A DNA stretch of 37,309 nucleotides from Akkermansia muciniphila (GCA_963600995.1 CAVCDT010000002.1:14621-51929), one strand, 5' to 3'; shown: positions 1-9,935, counted from the stretch's first letter. The notes: generated by a model not told the origin, from the sequence alone. Made by a program: numbers and translations.

Positions 1-1
1 C

Positions 2-630
2 GACAATGAAGTGACTGTTTCACAATGTCTTAATAGCGGTACGCTCTCTGGGCAAAAGAATCAGTGCGCCAGCGTTGGCGGTATTGTGGGTAGAGTGAAC
101 GACGCATCTTCTTCAGTCACGGAGTGTGTTAACGCTGGCACTGTTTCTACGTCGTATACAACCGGTGGCTATGCCGGTGGCGTGGTTGGATATGCATATT
201 CCAGCTCTCTGATCAGCAAAAGCTATAACACGGCAACAGTGAGCAATGTTGCTACTAGCGCAACGGGCTCTTCGTATTCAGCGTGCGCTGGTGGAGTTTT
301 GGGTTGCGCGAACAGCAGCTCCGCCAAGGTTCAAAACTGCTATAGCCGCGGTAAGGTAACTTGTACCGTAACAGGTAACTATTCGTATGCCGGTGGCATT
401 ATCGGCAAAACATACAGCAAGTCACCCGGCGCTACCTATATCAACAGCAACGCCTACCTCGCTGGCAGTGCAGGCAAGGGTATAGGCTACGCTAGCGCAG
501 ATGCAGACGGCTACAACTCCTTCGAGAGCTCTGATATTTCTGGCTTGCTGACGACCATCGGCGATGCTTATCAGGCAGACCTGAGTGACCAAATCAACGG
601 CGGCTACCCCATCTTGCGTTGGCAGAACCC
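2..630 (+). repeat. GLUG-type repeat module 0 (only the C-terminal part is in the window)
   Basis: VGGIVGRV, AGGVVGYA, AGGVLGCA and AGGIIGKT repeats end in the cap GGYPILRWQNP (Trp codon 620-622). Confidence 0.7.
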
Positions 631-3600
631 TAATGCGAAGTTCAAGGCTTCCTTCACGGTGAAGGACAAGGAAACCAACCTCAGCCTGGACGGTAGGGCG
701 AAGATCGAGGTTAAGAACTCCAGCAAAGAGATCGTGAGTGCTGGCGATGATGGTTACGAGCTGTCTCCCGGCGAGTATAGTTACACGGTGACGCGCGATG
801 GCTATACCCCGGTAAGCGACAGTTTCACTATCGGCAAATCCTCTAAGGCGATCGAGGTCGCGCTCACCTCTGTCAAGCACGACTTCACCCTTACGGTTTC
901 TCCTGCTGCTGCCGAGGTCAAGATTACGAATGATGGCGGCGCGCCTTCCGATACTTGCAAGCTCCCCACGGCAACTGTTGACGAGAGCACGGGCATCGCA
1001 ACGTACAAGCTCAGCCTGGCAGATACTAAGGCCTACGGCGCCTATAAGGCTGAGGCCAAGTGCTACGAGTATGTGGAGCAATCGGGCATCACGCTTGATG
1101 CGACGGGCGAGGATGATTCGGCCACCATTACGCTTGCCGCAGCAGAAAAGCACAAGCTCACGGTGACCACGATCCCGTCGGATGCCAAGGTCTATATCAC
1201 CAATACGAAATGGGACAAGAAAAGCACCGAGTCCGAGGCCGTTGTCGATGGTAAGCATGTTTTTAGCCTCATCGATGGCGATTATTCGTGCAAGGTTAAG
1301 GCCAGTGGTTATAAGACTGAGTCCAAAGATTTTACGATGGACGGCAAGGATGATAATCTTGGGACTATTACCCTTGGGTCCAAGACCGCATGGGACGGTT
1401 CGAGCGTCGATACGGATTGGTATACCAACAACCCCAGCGCAACCAACTTCGAGATTAGTGAGCCCGAAGAGCTTGCCGGCCTGGCAGTTCTTGTCAACGG
1501 CTCTGATACCGCTATTGGCACCGTTGATTTTAAAGATAAGACCATCAGTTTGACCAAGGACATCGACCTTGGTGGCAAAGAAGCCAATTCCAATGCCGTC
1601 TGGACAGGTTGGACAACCATTGGCAAGACGGATAATAAGCTTGTCTTTAAAGGCACGTTTAATGGCAATGGTCATAAAGTCAAGAATCTCTACATCAATG
1701 TTACAAATGCCAGCGGTAGCACAAATGCCTATGGCGGTCTTTTTGGGCGGACAAATGACGCTGTAATAGAAAACTTGAGTCTTGAAAATGCGTCTATTTC
1801 TGTTCTAAGCAGGGGCTCGAGTACGGGTTATCAGCATGTTGGCGCCTTGGTTGGCAGAGCGGTCAATACAACAGTGCGAAATATCATTGTCACCGCCGAG
1901 GAAGGCAGAACGAGCGAAGTCTCTGCTGCCCTTTCGAGCTCAAATTATATTGGTGGCATTTTTGGCTCCCTTGCTGGTGGCAGCGCAGTTGATTGCGTTA
2001 ATAAGGCAAGCGTGACCGGCGGCTATTTAGTGGGCGGCATCGCGGGAGGGACATATAGCGGCAAGGCTACAACGTTTCTTCGCTGTGTGAACTATGGCGC
2101 GCTTAAGTCGCTGAGCGATGGCATTAGCAGAATCGGCGGCACGGCTACGGCTACTTTTGCGACGGGTGGCATTGTTGGGCAGCTAAATAATGCAAAAGAC
2201 GCTGTAAAGAATTGCGTTAATTACGGTGCTATCTCTGGAGCGAACCCTACCATGGGCGGAATTGTTGGCTGCAATGCGTCTTCCAGCTACACCCAATCAA
2301 TCGATAGCTGCTACAACCTTAACTCTGTGAGTACGACTTGTTCGGGTCCTAGAGGCATCGGCGGCATTATTGGCTATGTTCATGCTGGCAACGCGTATTC
2401 TAACGCTTATACGGGCATTACGAATTGTTATAGCGCGGGTGTTCTTACCGGTGCGCAAAAAATTGGCGGTGTTGCCGGGCATTTGGCAGATAACTCGGTT
2501 GTCAACAGCGTTATCTACAACAACTACTATCTCGAAAACGACAGCTACGCCGGCGCTAACAACGGTAGTGGCAAGGTAGAGAACGAAGCGTTTACTTCCT
2601 TTGCCAAGACTGATGTCAACGCAACGCTCATCAGCAATTTGGGTAGTGCCTACGGGCCCTATGTGGATGGCTTGGCAGGGTGTGAGGCCAATAAGACCGA
2701 GGACGTGGAGTGGCCTATCCTGCGCTGGCAGAACCCTGGCTCTACGTATGAGGCAAGCTTCACCTTTACGTATGACGACGAGAGCAATAAATCCACGGCA
2801 CCGGTCGTTAAGGTGACGAGCAAGAACGATCCCGATACGGTTTACATCGCCGATGAGAACGGCAAGTGCAACCTGCCCAACGGTACCTACACCTATGAAG
2901 TCAGCTGCGATGGCTATAACGCCGAGACCCCAGAGAGCGGCGTGTTCGAGTTCACTGTTGACCAGGATGCGGTCACTGTTGAGGTCTCTCTCAAGGCCAA
3001 GACCTGCGCCTATAGCATCGTGAGCTCGCGCACCTCGGGCGATAAGTTCAGCTTTAGCCTGTCTAAGGTGACTACCGACGGTGATAAGGCCATCGAGAAC
3101 CCCGAGGGCGTTGATACAGAATCCGGTGACGCGGTCATCGCAACGAAATACGATTACGCGCTTACCAACGGCACATATAAGTACACGGCCATTCGCTTTG
3201 GCTATGAGAAGCTGACGGGTACGTTCGTGGTTGCCGGCGAGGAGACCAATACGCTCAACCTTGCGTACACTCCTCTTGCGACGGGTTCCTTGGGTGCAGA
3301 GATCACGCCTGAGAGCGGCAGCTTTGCGGGCAACGATCCTAAAATCGAGCTCTATGCCGTGGGCGGCGATTTTGACGGCCAGATGGTCGCGCAGTTCGAC
3401 AACACGAGTAGCATTTACAGCGGCAGCGTCACGTTCTATGCAGGTACCTACGACTACAAGATCAAGGCCGATGGCTACACCACCGTCGAGGGGCAGGTCA
3501 AGATCGAGGCCGGCGCCACTACGTGTATTCAGGAGGAGCTGCCGGTCAAGACCGGCTGGGGCGGTGATACCGACGTCGATACCGATTGGTACACCAACGA

Positions 3601-6600
3601 CACGGGTGCCACTGAGTACACGCTCACCAATGTCTCCCAGCTCGCGGGCGTTGCCAAACTCGTCAACGACGGCACCACGACCTTTAGCGGCAAGACCATC
3701 AAGCTCGCCTGCGACATGGACCTCGCCGATAACGCCTGGACGCCTATCGGCGGCTACGTTAGTGGCGGAGCAAAGAAGTTCGAGGGCACCTTTGATGGCC
3801 AAGGTCACGTTGTCACGATGAGGAACGCCCAGATGGAGAAGAACGAAGGTAGCTTTGGCCTATTTGGCTGGCTGCGCGGTGCGACAGTTGAGAATGTCGT
3901 ATTGCAAGGCAATGCGAAGGTGGACTATGTGGAGCAAAGCTCCGCTTTTGTTCTGATAGATGTTGGAGCTTTGGCAGGCTATGCTGAGTCGTCAGTTATT
4001 GTGAAATGCTCGAATCGGATGTCGATTGATGTCAAGATTAAAAATGAAAACGGAGCTGCTTCCGCAAATGTTGCCGGCCTGATCGGAAGGAGCAGCAATC
4101 TCATCGGCGTTGGTGTTGGTGCGACTTCATTTTCCGCTTGCAACAATATTGGAATGATTGAAGCGCAATTGTCAGCTAAGACCGTGGGCGTTCTCTATGC
4201 AGGTGGGTTGGTCGGCAATCAAAACGATAGCAATTGCTCTGTTAATAACTGCTATAACACGGGTGATATTACTGTCAGCATGATGTCCGGTGCGACTGCA
4301 ACAGCAAATGCTGGCGGTCTTATAGGAGGAAACAGGACCAGCGGCCTTAGCGTGTCGAATTGTTATGGCACAGGCAAAGTTGCTGCGACGGCTATTAGTT
4401 ACTATGGCGGCGATAATCAAACGACTGGCGATCAAAAAGACGGTGCTCTGGTTGGCAGCAGTTCTTATGGCACCTTCAGCAACAGCTATTACCTGAGCAC
4501 GATGTCCGATTCCACCGCCAAGTCCACGAAGAAGACCGACACTGAGATGAAGGCTGCAGAGTTCGTCACTGCGCTCAACGACGGCGGCAACGCGTATGTC
4601 AAAAATCCCAACCGCGGCTATCCCATCCTCAGCTGGGAGGCCGGTATCGATCATATCGCTGTCACTACGAACCCCGATAAGGTCGACTACAACGACCTCG
4701 AGGATTTCGATGACACGGGCATGAAGATCACTGCTTACACCAGCGGCGATGACAGTGTCGGCAGCGAGGTCGTCTCTGGTTGGAGCATCAGCGGCGGCAA
4801 GAAGCTGGCTGCGGGCACCAGCTCTGTGACCGTCAAGTACAAGGGCGCAACCGTGGAGCTGCCCATCACCGTCACGGCGGTCGACCATGAGATCACCTCA
4901 GGCGATCTGGAGCTCGAGCTCGCAGCCCCGCAGGCGGGTGCGACCCCGCAAGGCAGCATCGAGCTTTCCGCAGACCAGCAGGATAAGTTCTCCGCACAGG
5001 TCTCTTGGACCTGCGCTGGCAAGGACATGGGCGCTGCAGGGACATTCGAAGAGGGCAAGTTCTATCGCGCCCACGTGACACTCAAGAACAAGTACGAAGC
5101 TGGCGTGCTGCAGTGGGTCTTTGCTAACGGCGCATGGCCCAACATCGGCAGTGCGTACGAGATTCTCAACTACACACAGACGGCGGATAAGAACGGTAAG
5201 CTCGCTATCACCGAGTTCGACGTGACCTTCGCCCCGGTTGGTTACACGGGCAGCATCGAGCCCAATATGTTCCATAGCTACTACGCCGGTGACACGGGCG
5301 ACTCCGGTAAGGCATACGACCTTGGCGCAAGCCAGCTCAAGGTCACCATCGGCAACAAGGCGGCAGAGCCCTACACGGTGGCAGACATCGAGGAAGGGAT
5401 CCTCGACGGCGACATAAGCGTCCAGAAGCGCACGGTGGACGGTACAGAGTACCTGGGCATCGACTTGCTCACCGTGCTCGAGGCCGCAGGCGTCCCCAGG
5501 ACCGTTGCCGACGACACCTCCATCACCTTCAGCAACGCCAGCGGTACGGGCGACGTGACCCTGACCTATGGCGAGCTGCGCCAGCAGGCGTCTGACGATG
5601 CGGCTATCGTGGCCTTCGCCAATGCGACGGATGCCGTGCCCCTGGGCAGCGGCACCGGCCCCCTGATGCTCATTAGCGGCAGCACCACGCGCACCTGCCT
5701 TGGCTCCATTGCCGTGGACGAGCCCGCATCGGCTGCGACGCAGAAGGTCAGCTTCAGCGTCGACGCCAACGACGGGTCTACGGTCGAAAGCCAGGACCTC
5801 GACATCTCCCTGCGCGACGGCTACGGCCACAAGTTCTATCTCGATACCTCCAAGGGCATGTCTATCGATGTCCGCGACGGCGACACCTACAGCTATCGCG
5901 TGACCAAGGACGGCTACGATGTCGTGACTGGCAGCGTCAAAGTCAGTGGCAAGGACAAGAGCATCAAGGTCACGCTCAGCCCCGTGTGGGACGGCGTGAC
6001 CACGAGCAAGCCCAGCACGGCAGATGACGGCTTCATAGAGATTGGCACCGCGGCAGAGCTCATGTGGTGGCACGACAACTACAATGCCAGCGACAAGGTG
6101 CGCCTCACCAACGACATCTCCCTCAATGACGGCGAGGACAGCGCCAACGTCTGGGATGTCCTGGGCACCAACAGCGGTTACAGCGGCACGGGTACGCTCG
6201 CCTTTAGCGGCACTTTCGACGGCAACGGGCATGTGATCCGCAACATCCTCATCCAACGCGAGAACACCTACGAGCTCGAGCTTGCCTGGGATGGCTCCGT
6301 CATGGCCTTCGCAGACCGCGTGAGCGAGATCGGCCTCTTTGGCTACACCGGCGGCAGCGCCCAGATCAAGAATCTCGGCGTCGAGGGCACCATCGACATC
6401 TTCGACCGCCCGGACGGCTCCCTGGCCGACTGGCTGCAGGTTGGCGGCATCGTGGGTCTGGCCCAGGGCAGCACCAAGATCTCCGGCTGCTACACCAACA
6501 TGGCCATCAGGGCCGTTGCCTCTACGGAGACCGACACCGTGGGCGGCTATCCCACGGGCGGCTTTGGCTATGTGACCGATATCTACATGGGCGGCATCGC

Positions 6601-9600
6601 CGGGTCCTTGAGCGGTAACTCCACGGTGGACAACTGCTACACCAAGGGCACCTACATCGGCGCCGAGACGCGTCAGGTGACCATCGGCGGTGTGGTCGGC
6701 GCTCTGCGTTACGGTACCAACTCCGTCACCAACTGCTACTCCACGGCCAACATCGACGCACGTCCGCTTACGACGAGCTCTTGGGCCTCTTGGCTGGGCG
6801 GCGTCGTGGGCGTCAACTACAACAACAGCTCCGCACCTGTGCGCGGCTCCTATGCGCTCAACGGCAGCATCGCCGGTAACAGCGTCCACATGACGGCCGG
6901 CAAGGTTATCGCCCGTGCGCAAAGCGGTGCGCTGAGCGGCAACTACGCGCTCGACACTATGACCATCACCGGTGCGGAAACCTCAAGCGATACCGGTGCC
7001 AACACCGTCAACGGCCTAAGCATCACCTTGGGCCAGGCCCAAAGCGGCAAGGCCTATGGGGACTGGAGCGAGGACCTCTGGACCTTTGCGGATGCAGCTG
7101 GCGAGGGCATACTGCCCATGCTTGCCTGGCAGACGACCCAGGCCGGTGAGAACAAGACCATCGAGTACACGGGCCAGACCCCCGCAGATACCGATGACGA
7201 CGATTGGGACGGTTACTTTGGCAGCCAGTCCGCGCCGCCGTACTTCAAGGTCTATGCACGCGTGGGCGACAAGACGGTCGTGCTCAAGAAGTTCACGCGC
7301 GACGAGATGAAGCAGATGGCCGCGGCCGACAACCAAGGTGTCTTGTACTACTCCTCTATCTCGACCAGCGGATATGCAGGGCGTGCGGTCAAGGAGTACG
7401 TGACCATCGATACCCTGCTCGAGGAGGCAGGCGTCACCTGGAAGGATGGGGACGCCATCATCATGGGCGGTTATCTCTATCCTCTCAGCGCGCTTACTGC
7501 AGAGCGCTACTACTACCCCGATTGGACGAGCGGCAGCTCCGAGGGCGCTGTCCCCGTCAAGCCGGTTATCGCCCTCAAGTCCAACGGCGCTAAATCCGGC
7601 ATGAGCAAGGAACTCTTCGCCATGTACGGGCAGCAGGCAGACTACCTCTACGCCTACATGCTCACCTTTGGCCAGAGCACGCCCACCGAGGCAAGCTACG
7701 GGTACTTCATGTACCAGCAGACGCAGATGGGCGTTAACTTCAAGCCCGCTTCGACGGCCAGCGAGACCCTTACCAACTACCTGGGCGACCTCATCGCCCA
7801 GGCCGAGGCAGATCGCGATGCGACCTATGTCTCCAACGACGGCAGCGACGTCGCCGGCTCTGACTACTATGTCTCGCAAGACGATATGGACACGTTCAAC
7901 CAGGCGATCAACGTGGCCAAGGCGGCGCTTGCCAACACGGGCGCAACCAACGAGGACGCCATGAACGCGATCACGGCCCTCATCAGCGCGCAAAAGACCT
8001 TCGACAAAGCCAAGCAGCAGGGCAAGGGCGTCAACCGCGTCAACCTGAGCAACATCATCGAGAAGGCCTCGAACGTTGCCTACAACGCCAAGGTCTCTGT
8101 TGACGGCAGCGATGTCTCTGTATCCAACACCTGGGCTACGCAAGAGGCGATCAACGCCCTTAAGGCGGCTATCAGCGATGCCCACCGCGTCTACTACGAC
8201 CAGGGCGCGTCGCAGGCTCAGCTCGACCAGGCGGCCCGCACCTTGCAGGCGGCGCTGTCCTCCTTCAAGGTCGACAAGGGCACCAAGGAGGTCGCGTATC
8301 GCAACGCCAAGGCCAGCGAGTTGAGGGAGTACGCCGCGGCAATCGACCAGAGCAAGCTGACGAGCTACCAGAAGCAGAAGGTTGCCGATGCCCTGAGCGA
8401 GTACGTGGCCAAGATCAACGCCGCGCAAAGCGTCGAGGGTATCGACGATGCCTTCAACGCCGGCAAGGCTGCGATCGACGCCGCTGCAACGGCCAAGCAA
8501 GACGGCGGCCAAAGCGGCGGCCAGGGTGGCGGTTCCAGCACGACGGATATCGCCAAGGCAAAGGCAGACGCCAAGGCGGCCCTGCAAGCGGCAGTCGACA
8601 ACTCCGGTTTGACCGGCACCGATAAGGAAGCGGTCCAGAAGATCGCCAACGACTACAGCACCAAGATCGATGAAGCTACTACGAGCGACGAGGTTTCCAG
8701 CACGCTGAGCGCCGGTAAGAGCGCCATCCAGAGCAAGATCGACCAGCTCAAGCTCGATGCGGCAAAGGCGCAGGCCAAGACCCAGCTCGAGGCCTATGCC
8801 AAGGAGAAGGGCGCCGGCTACGCCGACCAAGACGCCTTGCAGAAGGTCGTCGACGCAGCGCTTGCCCTGATCAACAGCGCCAAGAGCACCGCCGAGGTCG
8901 ACGCCCAGCTCGCTGCTGGTAAGACCGCTATCGATTCGCTGGTATCCGGCGGCGTCGACAACGAGCTCGCGCGTGCCAAGGCCAACGCCAAGGCAGAGCT
9001 CTCGGAGCTTCTGACCAACGCCTCTATCAGCGAGGACGCCAAGGCCGATGTCCGCGACATCATGGCCGACTACGTGATCGAGATCGACGCGGCCAACAGC
9101 GTGAGCGTCGTCAATAAGCTCCTGGTAGCTGGTCGCGGCGCCATGGAGGCCTACATCGACTTCGCCAACGGCGGCACGGCTAGCGTCACCGCAAGCGACA
9201 TGGCCTACAAGCTGGTCTACAAGACCAAGACCGCCACGCTCGTCAAGCTCACGGGCAAGGCCAAGACGGCTAAGAGCATCAAGGTGCCCGCCACGGTGAG
9301 CTACTGCGGCATCACCTACAAGGTGACGGGTATCGCCAGCAAGGCCTGCGCCAAGCAGGTCAAAGCCACGACGATGACCCTCGGCAAGAACGTCAAGAGC
9401 GTCAAGGCCAAGGCGATCTACGGCTGCAAGAAGCTCGGCACCGTCATCGTCAAGAGCAAGAAGCTCACCAAGGCCTCGGTCAAGAACCTGGTCAAGTCCA
9501 CCAAGGTCAAGGTCATCAAGGTCAAGGTCTCCAAGAAGAAGGCCGTCAACAAGAAGTTCGCGGTCAAGTACGGCAAGTGGGCCAAGGCCTACAGCAGCAA

Positions 9601-9616
9601 GGTGGCTGTCAAGTAG
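2..9616 (+). CDS. Giant modular cell-surface protein, 5'-truncated by the window edge (3204 aa visible). It contains at least 4 GLUG-type repeat modules, PEGA/CarboxypepD_reg-like beta-sandwich domains, a Big_3-like Ig domain, FIVAR-like and DUF1542-like helical repeats, and a C-terminal BspA-type LRR with a Lys-rich tail.
   Basis: The reading frame is open from the first in-frame codon at nt 2 to TAG 9614-9616. There is no upstream stop and no signal peptide, so the N-terminus lies outside the window. G-G-[ILV]-[VAI]-G and GLFG motifs recur every ~25-30 aa. Modules are framed by DTDWYT ... GTF[DN]G-x-GH leads and YP[IL]L-x-WQ caps. Y-x-Y-x-V-x-x-DGY beta-sandwich repeats and A/K/D/Q-rich helical repeats are present. 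The C-terminus (GKNVKSVKAKAIYGCKKLGTVIVKSKKL) looks like a BspA-type LRR. Two stretches (~5335-5735 and ~7241-7750) I could not assign to any family. Confidence 0.85.
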   Translation, partial: DNEVTVSQCLNSGTLSGQKNQCASVGGIVGRVNDASSSVTECVNAGTVSTSYTTGGYAGGVVGYAYSSSLISKSYNTATVSNVATSATGSSYSACAGGVLGCANSSSAKVQNCYSRGKVTCTVTGNYSYAGGIIGKTYSKSPGATYINSNAYLAGSAGKGIGYASADADGYNSFESSDISGLLTTIGDAYQADLSDQINGGYPILRWQNPNAKFKASFTVKDKETNLSLDGRAKIEVKNSSKEIVSAGDDGYELSPGEYSYTVTRDGYTPVSDSFTIGKSSKAIEVALTSVKHDFTLTVSPAAAEVKITNDGGAPSDTCKLPTATVDESTGIATYKLSLADTKAYGAYKAEAKCYEYVEQSGITLDATGEDDSATITLAAAEKHKLTVTTIPSDAKVYITNTKWDKKSTESEAVVDGKHVFSLIDGDYSCKVKASGYKTESKDFTMDGKDDNLGTITLGSKTAWDGSSVDTDWYTNNPSATNFEISEPEELAGLAVLVNGSDTAIGTVDFKDKTISLTKDIDLGGKEANSNAVWTGWTTIGKTDNKLVFKGTFNGNGHKVKNLYINVTNASGSTNAYGGLFGRTNDAVIENLSLENASISVLSRGSSTGYQHVGALVGRAVNTTVRNIIVTAEEGRTSEVSAALSSSNYIGGIFGSLAGGSAVDCVNKASVTGGYLVGGIAGGTYSGKATTFLRCVNYGALKSLSDGISRIGGTATATFATGGIVGQLNNAKDAVKNCVNYGAISGANPTMGGIVGCNASSSYTQSIDSCYNLNSVSTTCSGPRGIGGIIGYVHAGNAYSNAYTGITNCYSAGVLTGAQKIGGVAGHLADNSVVNSVIYNNYYLENDSYAGANNGSGKVENEAFTSFAKTDVNATLISNLGSAYGPYVDGLAGCEANKTEDVEWPILRWQNPGSTYEASFTFTYDDESNKSTAPVVKVTSKNDPDTVYIADENGKCNLPNGTYTYEVSCDGYNAETPESGVFEFTVDQDAVTVEVSLKAKTCAYSIVSSRTSGDKFSFSLSKVTTDGDKAIENPEGVDTESGDAVIATKYDYALTNGTYKYTAIRFGYEKLTGTFVVAGEETNTLNLAYTPLATGSLGAEITPESGSFAGNDPKIELYAVGGDFDGQMVAQFDNTSSIYSGSVTFYAGTYDYKIKADGYTTVEGQVKIEAGATTCIQEELPVKTGWGGDTDVDTDWYTNDTGATEYTLTNVSQLAGVAKLVNDGTTTFSGKTIKLACDMDLADNAWTPIGGYVSGGAKKFEGTFDGQGHVVTMRNAQMEKNEGSFGLFGWLRGATVENVVLQGNAKVDYVEQSSAFVLIDVGALAGYAESSVIVKCSNRMSIDVKIKNENGAASANVAGLIGRSSNLIGVGVGATSFSACNNIGMIEAQLSAKTVGVLYAGGLVGNQNDSNCSVNNCYNTGDITVSMMSGATATANAGGLIGGNRTSGLSVSNCYGTGKVAATAISYYGGDNQTTGDQKDGALVGSSSYGTFSNSYYLSTMSDSTAKSTKKTDTEMKAAEFVTALNDGGNAYVKNPNRGYPILSWEAGIDHIAVTTNPDKVDYNDLEDFDDTGMKITAYTSGDDSVGSEVVSGWSISGGKKLAAGTSSVTVKYKGATVELPITVTAVDHEITSGDLELELAAPQAGATPQGSIELSADQQDKFSAQVSWTCAGKDMGAAGTFEEGKFYRAHVTLKNKYEAGVLQWVFANGAWPNIGSAYEILNYTQTADKNGKLAITEFDVTFAPVGYTGSIEPNMFHSYYAGDTGDSGKAYDLGASQLKVTIGNKAAEPYTVADIEEGILDGDISVQKRTVDGTEYLGIDLLTVLEAAGVPRTVADDTSITFSNASGTGDVTLTYGELRQQASDDAAIVAFANATDAVPLGSGTGPLMLISGSTTRTCLGSIAVDEPASAATQKVSFSVDANDGSTVESQDLDISLRDGYGHKFYLDTSKGMSIDVRDGDTYSYRVTKDGYDVVTGSVKVSGKDKSIKVTLSPVWDGVTTSKPSTADDGFIEIGTAAELMWWHDNYNASDKVRLTNDISLNDGEDSANVWDVLGTNSGYSGTGTLAFSGTFDGNGHVIRNILIQRENTYELELAWDGSVMAFADRVSEIGLFGYTGGSAQIKNLGVEGTIDIFDRPDGSLADWLQVGGIVGLAQGSTKISGCYTNMAIRAVASTETDTVGGYPTGGFGYVTDIYMGGIAGSLSGNSTVDNCYTKGTYIGAETRQVTIGGVVGALRYGTNSVTNCYSTANIDARPLTTSSWASWLGGVVGVNYNNSSAPVRGSYALNGSIAGNSVHMTAGKVIARAQSGALSGNYALDTMTITGAETSSDTGANTVNGLSITLGQAQSGKAYGDWSEDLWTFADAAGEGILPMLAWQTTQAGENKTIEYTGQTPADTDDDDWDGYFGSQSAPPYFKVYARVGDKTVVLKKFTRDEMKQMAAADNQGVLYYSSISTSGYAGRAVKEYVTIDTLLEEAGVTWKDGDAIIMGGYLYPLSALTAERYYYPDWTSGSSEGAVPVKPVIALKSNGAKSGMSKELFAMYGQQADYLYAYMLTFGQSTPTEASYGYFMYQQTQMGVNFKPASTASETLTNYLGDLIAQAEADRDATYVSNDGSDVAGSDYYVSQDDMDTFNQAINVAKAALANTGATNEDAMNAITALISAQKTFDKAKQQGKGVNRVNLSNIIEKASNVAYNAKVSVDGSDVSVSNTWATQEAINALKAAISDAHRVYYDQGASQAQLDQAARTLQAALSSFKVDKGTKEVAYRNAKASELREYAAAIDQSKLTSYQKQKVADALSEYVAKINAAQSVEGIDDAFNAGKAAIDAAATAKQDGGQSGGQGGGSSTTDIAKAKADAKAALQAAVDNSGLTGTDKEAVQKIANDYSTKIDEATTSDEVSSTLSAGKSAIQSKIDQLKLDAAKAQAKTQLEAYAKEKGAGYADQDALQKVVDAALALINSAKSTAEVDAQLAAGKTAIDSLVSGGVDNELARAKANAKAELSELLTNASISEDAKADVRDIMADYVIEIDAANSVSVVNKLLVAGRGAMEAYIDFANGGTASVTASDMAYKLVYKTKTATLVKLTGKAKTAKSIKVPATVSYCGITYKVTGIASKACAKQVKATTMTLGKNVKSVKAKAIYGCKKLGTVIVKSKKLTKASVKNLVKSTKVKVIKVKVSKKKAVNKKFAVKYGKWAKAYSSKVAVK
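1388..2740 (+). repeat. GLUG-type repeat module 1 of the giant protein
   Basis: The lead is AWDGSSVDTDWYT ... GTFNGNGHKVKNL. GGLFG / GALVG / GGIFG / GGIAG / GGIVG repeats follow. The cap is WPILRWQNPG (2711-2740). Confidence 0.75.
3554..4645 (+). repeat. GLUG-type repeat module 2 of the giant protein
   Basis: The lead is GWGGDTDVDTDWYT ... GTFDGQGHVV. GLFGW / GALAG / AGLIG / GGLVG / GGLIG repeats follow. The cap is YPILSWEAG (Trp codon 4634-4636). Confidence 0.75.
5984..7140 (+). repeat. GLUG-type repeat module 3 of the giant protein
   Basis: The lead is VWDGVTT ... GTFDGNGHVIRNI. GLFGY / GGIVG / GGIAG / GGVVG repeats follow. The cap is LPMLAWQTTQ (Trp codon 7127-7129). Confidence 0.75.
8284..9165 (+). 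repeat. Array of about five DUF1542-like alpha-helical repeats (~75-80 aa each)
   Basis: The pattern A-K-x-x-A-K-A-x-L ... Q-K-[VI]-x-D-x-x-x-x-K-I-[DN]-x-A-x-[ST]-x-x-E-V ... AGK-x-AI recurs. An example is AKADAKAALQAAVDNSGLTGTDKEAVQKIANDYSTKIDEATTSDEVSSTLSAGKSAIQSKID. Two FIVAR-like helical units precede it at ~7864-8270. Confidence 0.6.
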
Positions 9617-9640
9617 CGCCTTGCCCGTATGAGCAAAACG

Positions 9641-9669
9641 GAGGAGGGGCGAGTCCCAAGCCCCTCTTC
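9641..9669 (+). terminator. Hairpin after the giant gene (GC-rich stem, no U-tract)
   Basis: GAGGAGGGGC (9641-9650) pairs with GCCCCTCTTC (9660-9669): 10 bp including one G-U, with a 9-nt loop. It lies 25 nt after the stop. There is no T-run, so its function as a terminator is uncertain. Confidence 0.4.
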
Positions 9670-9827
9670 CTGCCCGCTACGGCGTTTCTTCGGGCGGCGC
9701 CTTGCATGCCCTCAAGAAGCCGGTCCCTTTCATCTGGTATCCCAAACGCCGTTTGATGCATAGCTGCTTGGAGAAACGCGGTAGCGGGTTCAAGAACGCG
9801 CATGAACGCACGAGAGAGAGGTAGAGC

Positions 9828-9935
9828 ATGAAGAAGAGGAGAATCGCCGCATGGGCGAGCGGCGGCGTTGTCGCCGTCGCGCTTGCCATAGCGGTCGCCG
9901 TGCCCCTTGCGGGCGGTGGCGCAGCGGCAAGCGCG
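9828..9935 (+). other. Sec-type signal peptide (predicted cleavage after A-S-A)
   Basis: A KKRR n-region, a hydrophobic AVALAIAVAVPLA core and an AASA-R cleavage-like site. Confidence 0.7.

Noticed and set aside
9617-9827. Search for a sigma-70 promoter upstream of the S8-protein gene.
   Set aside because: I found no hexamer pair with acceptable spacing. The hairpin at 9641-9669 lacks a U-tract, so read-through from the upstream giant gene cannot be excluded. I prefer not to call a promoter.
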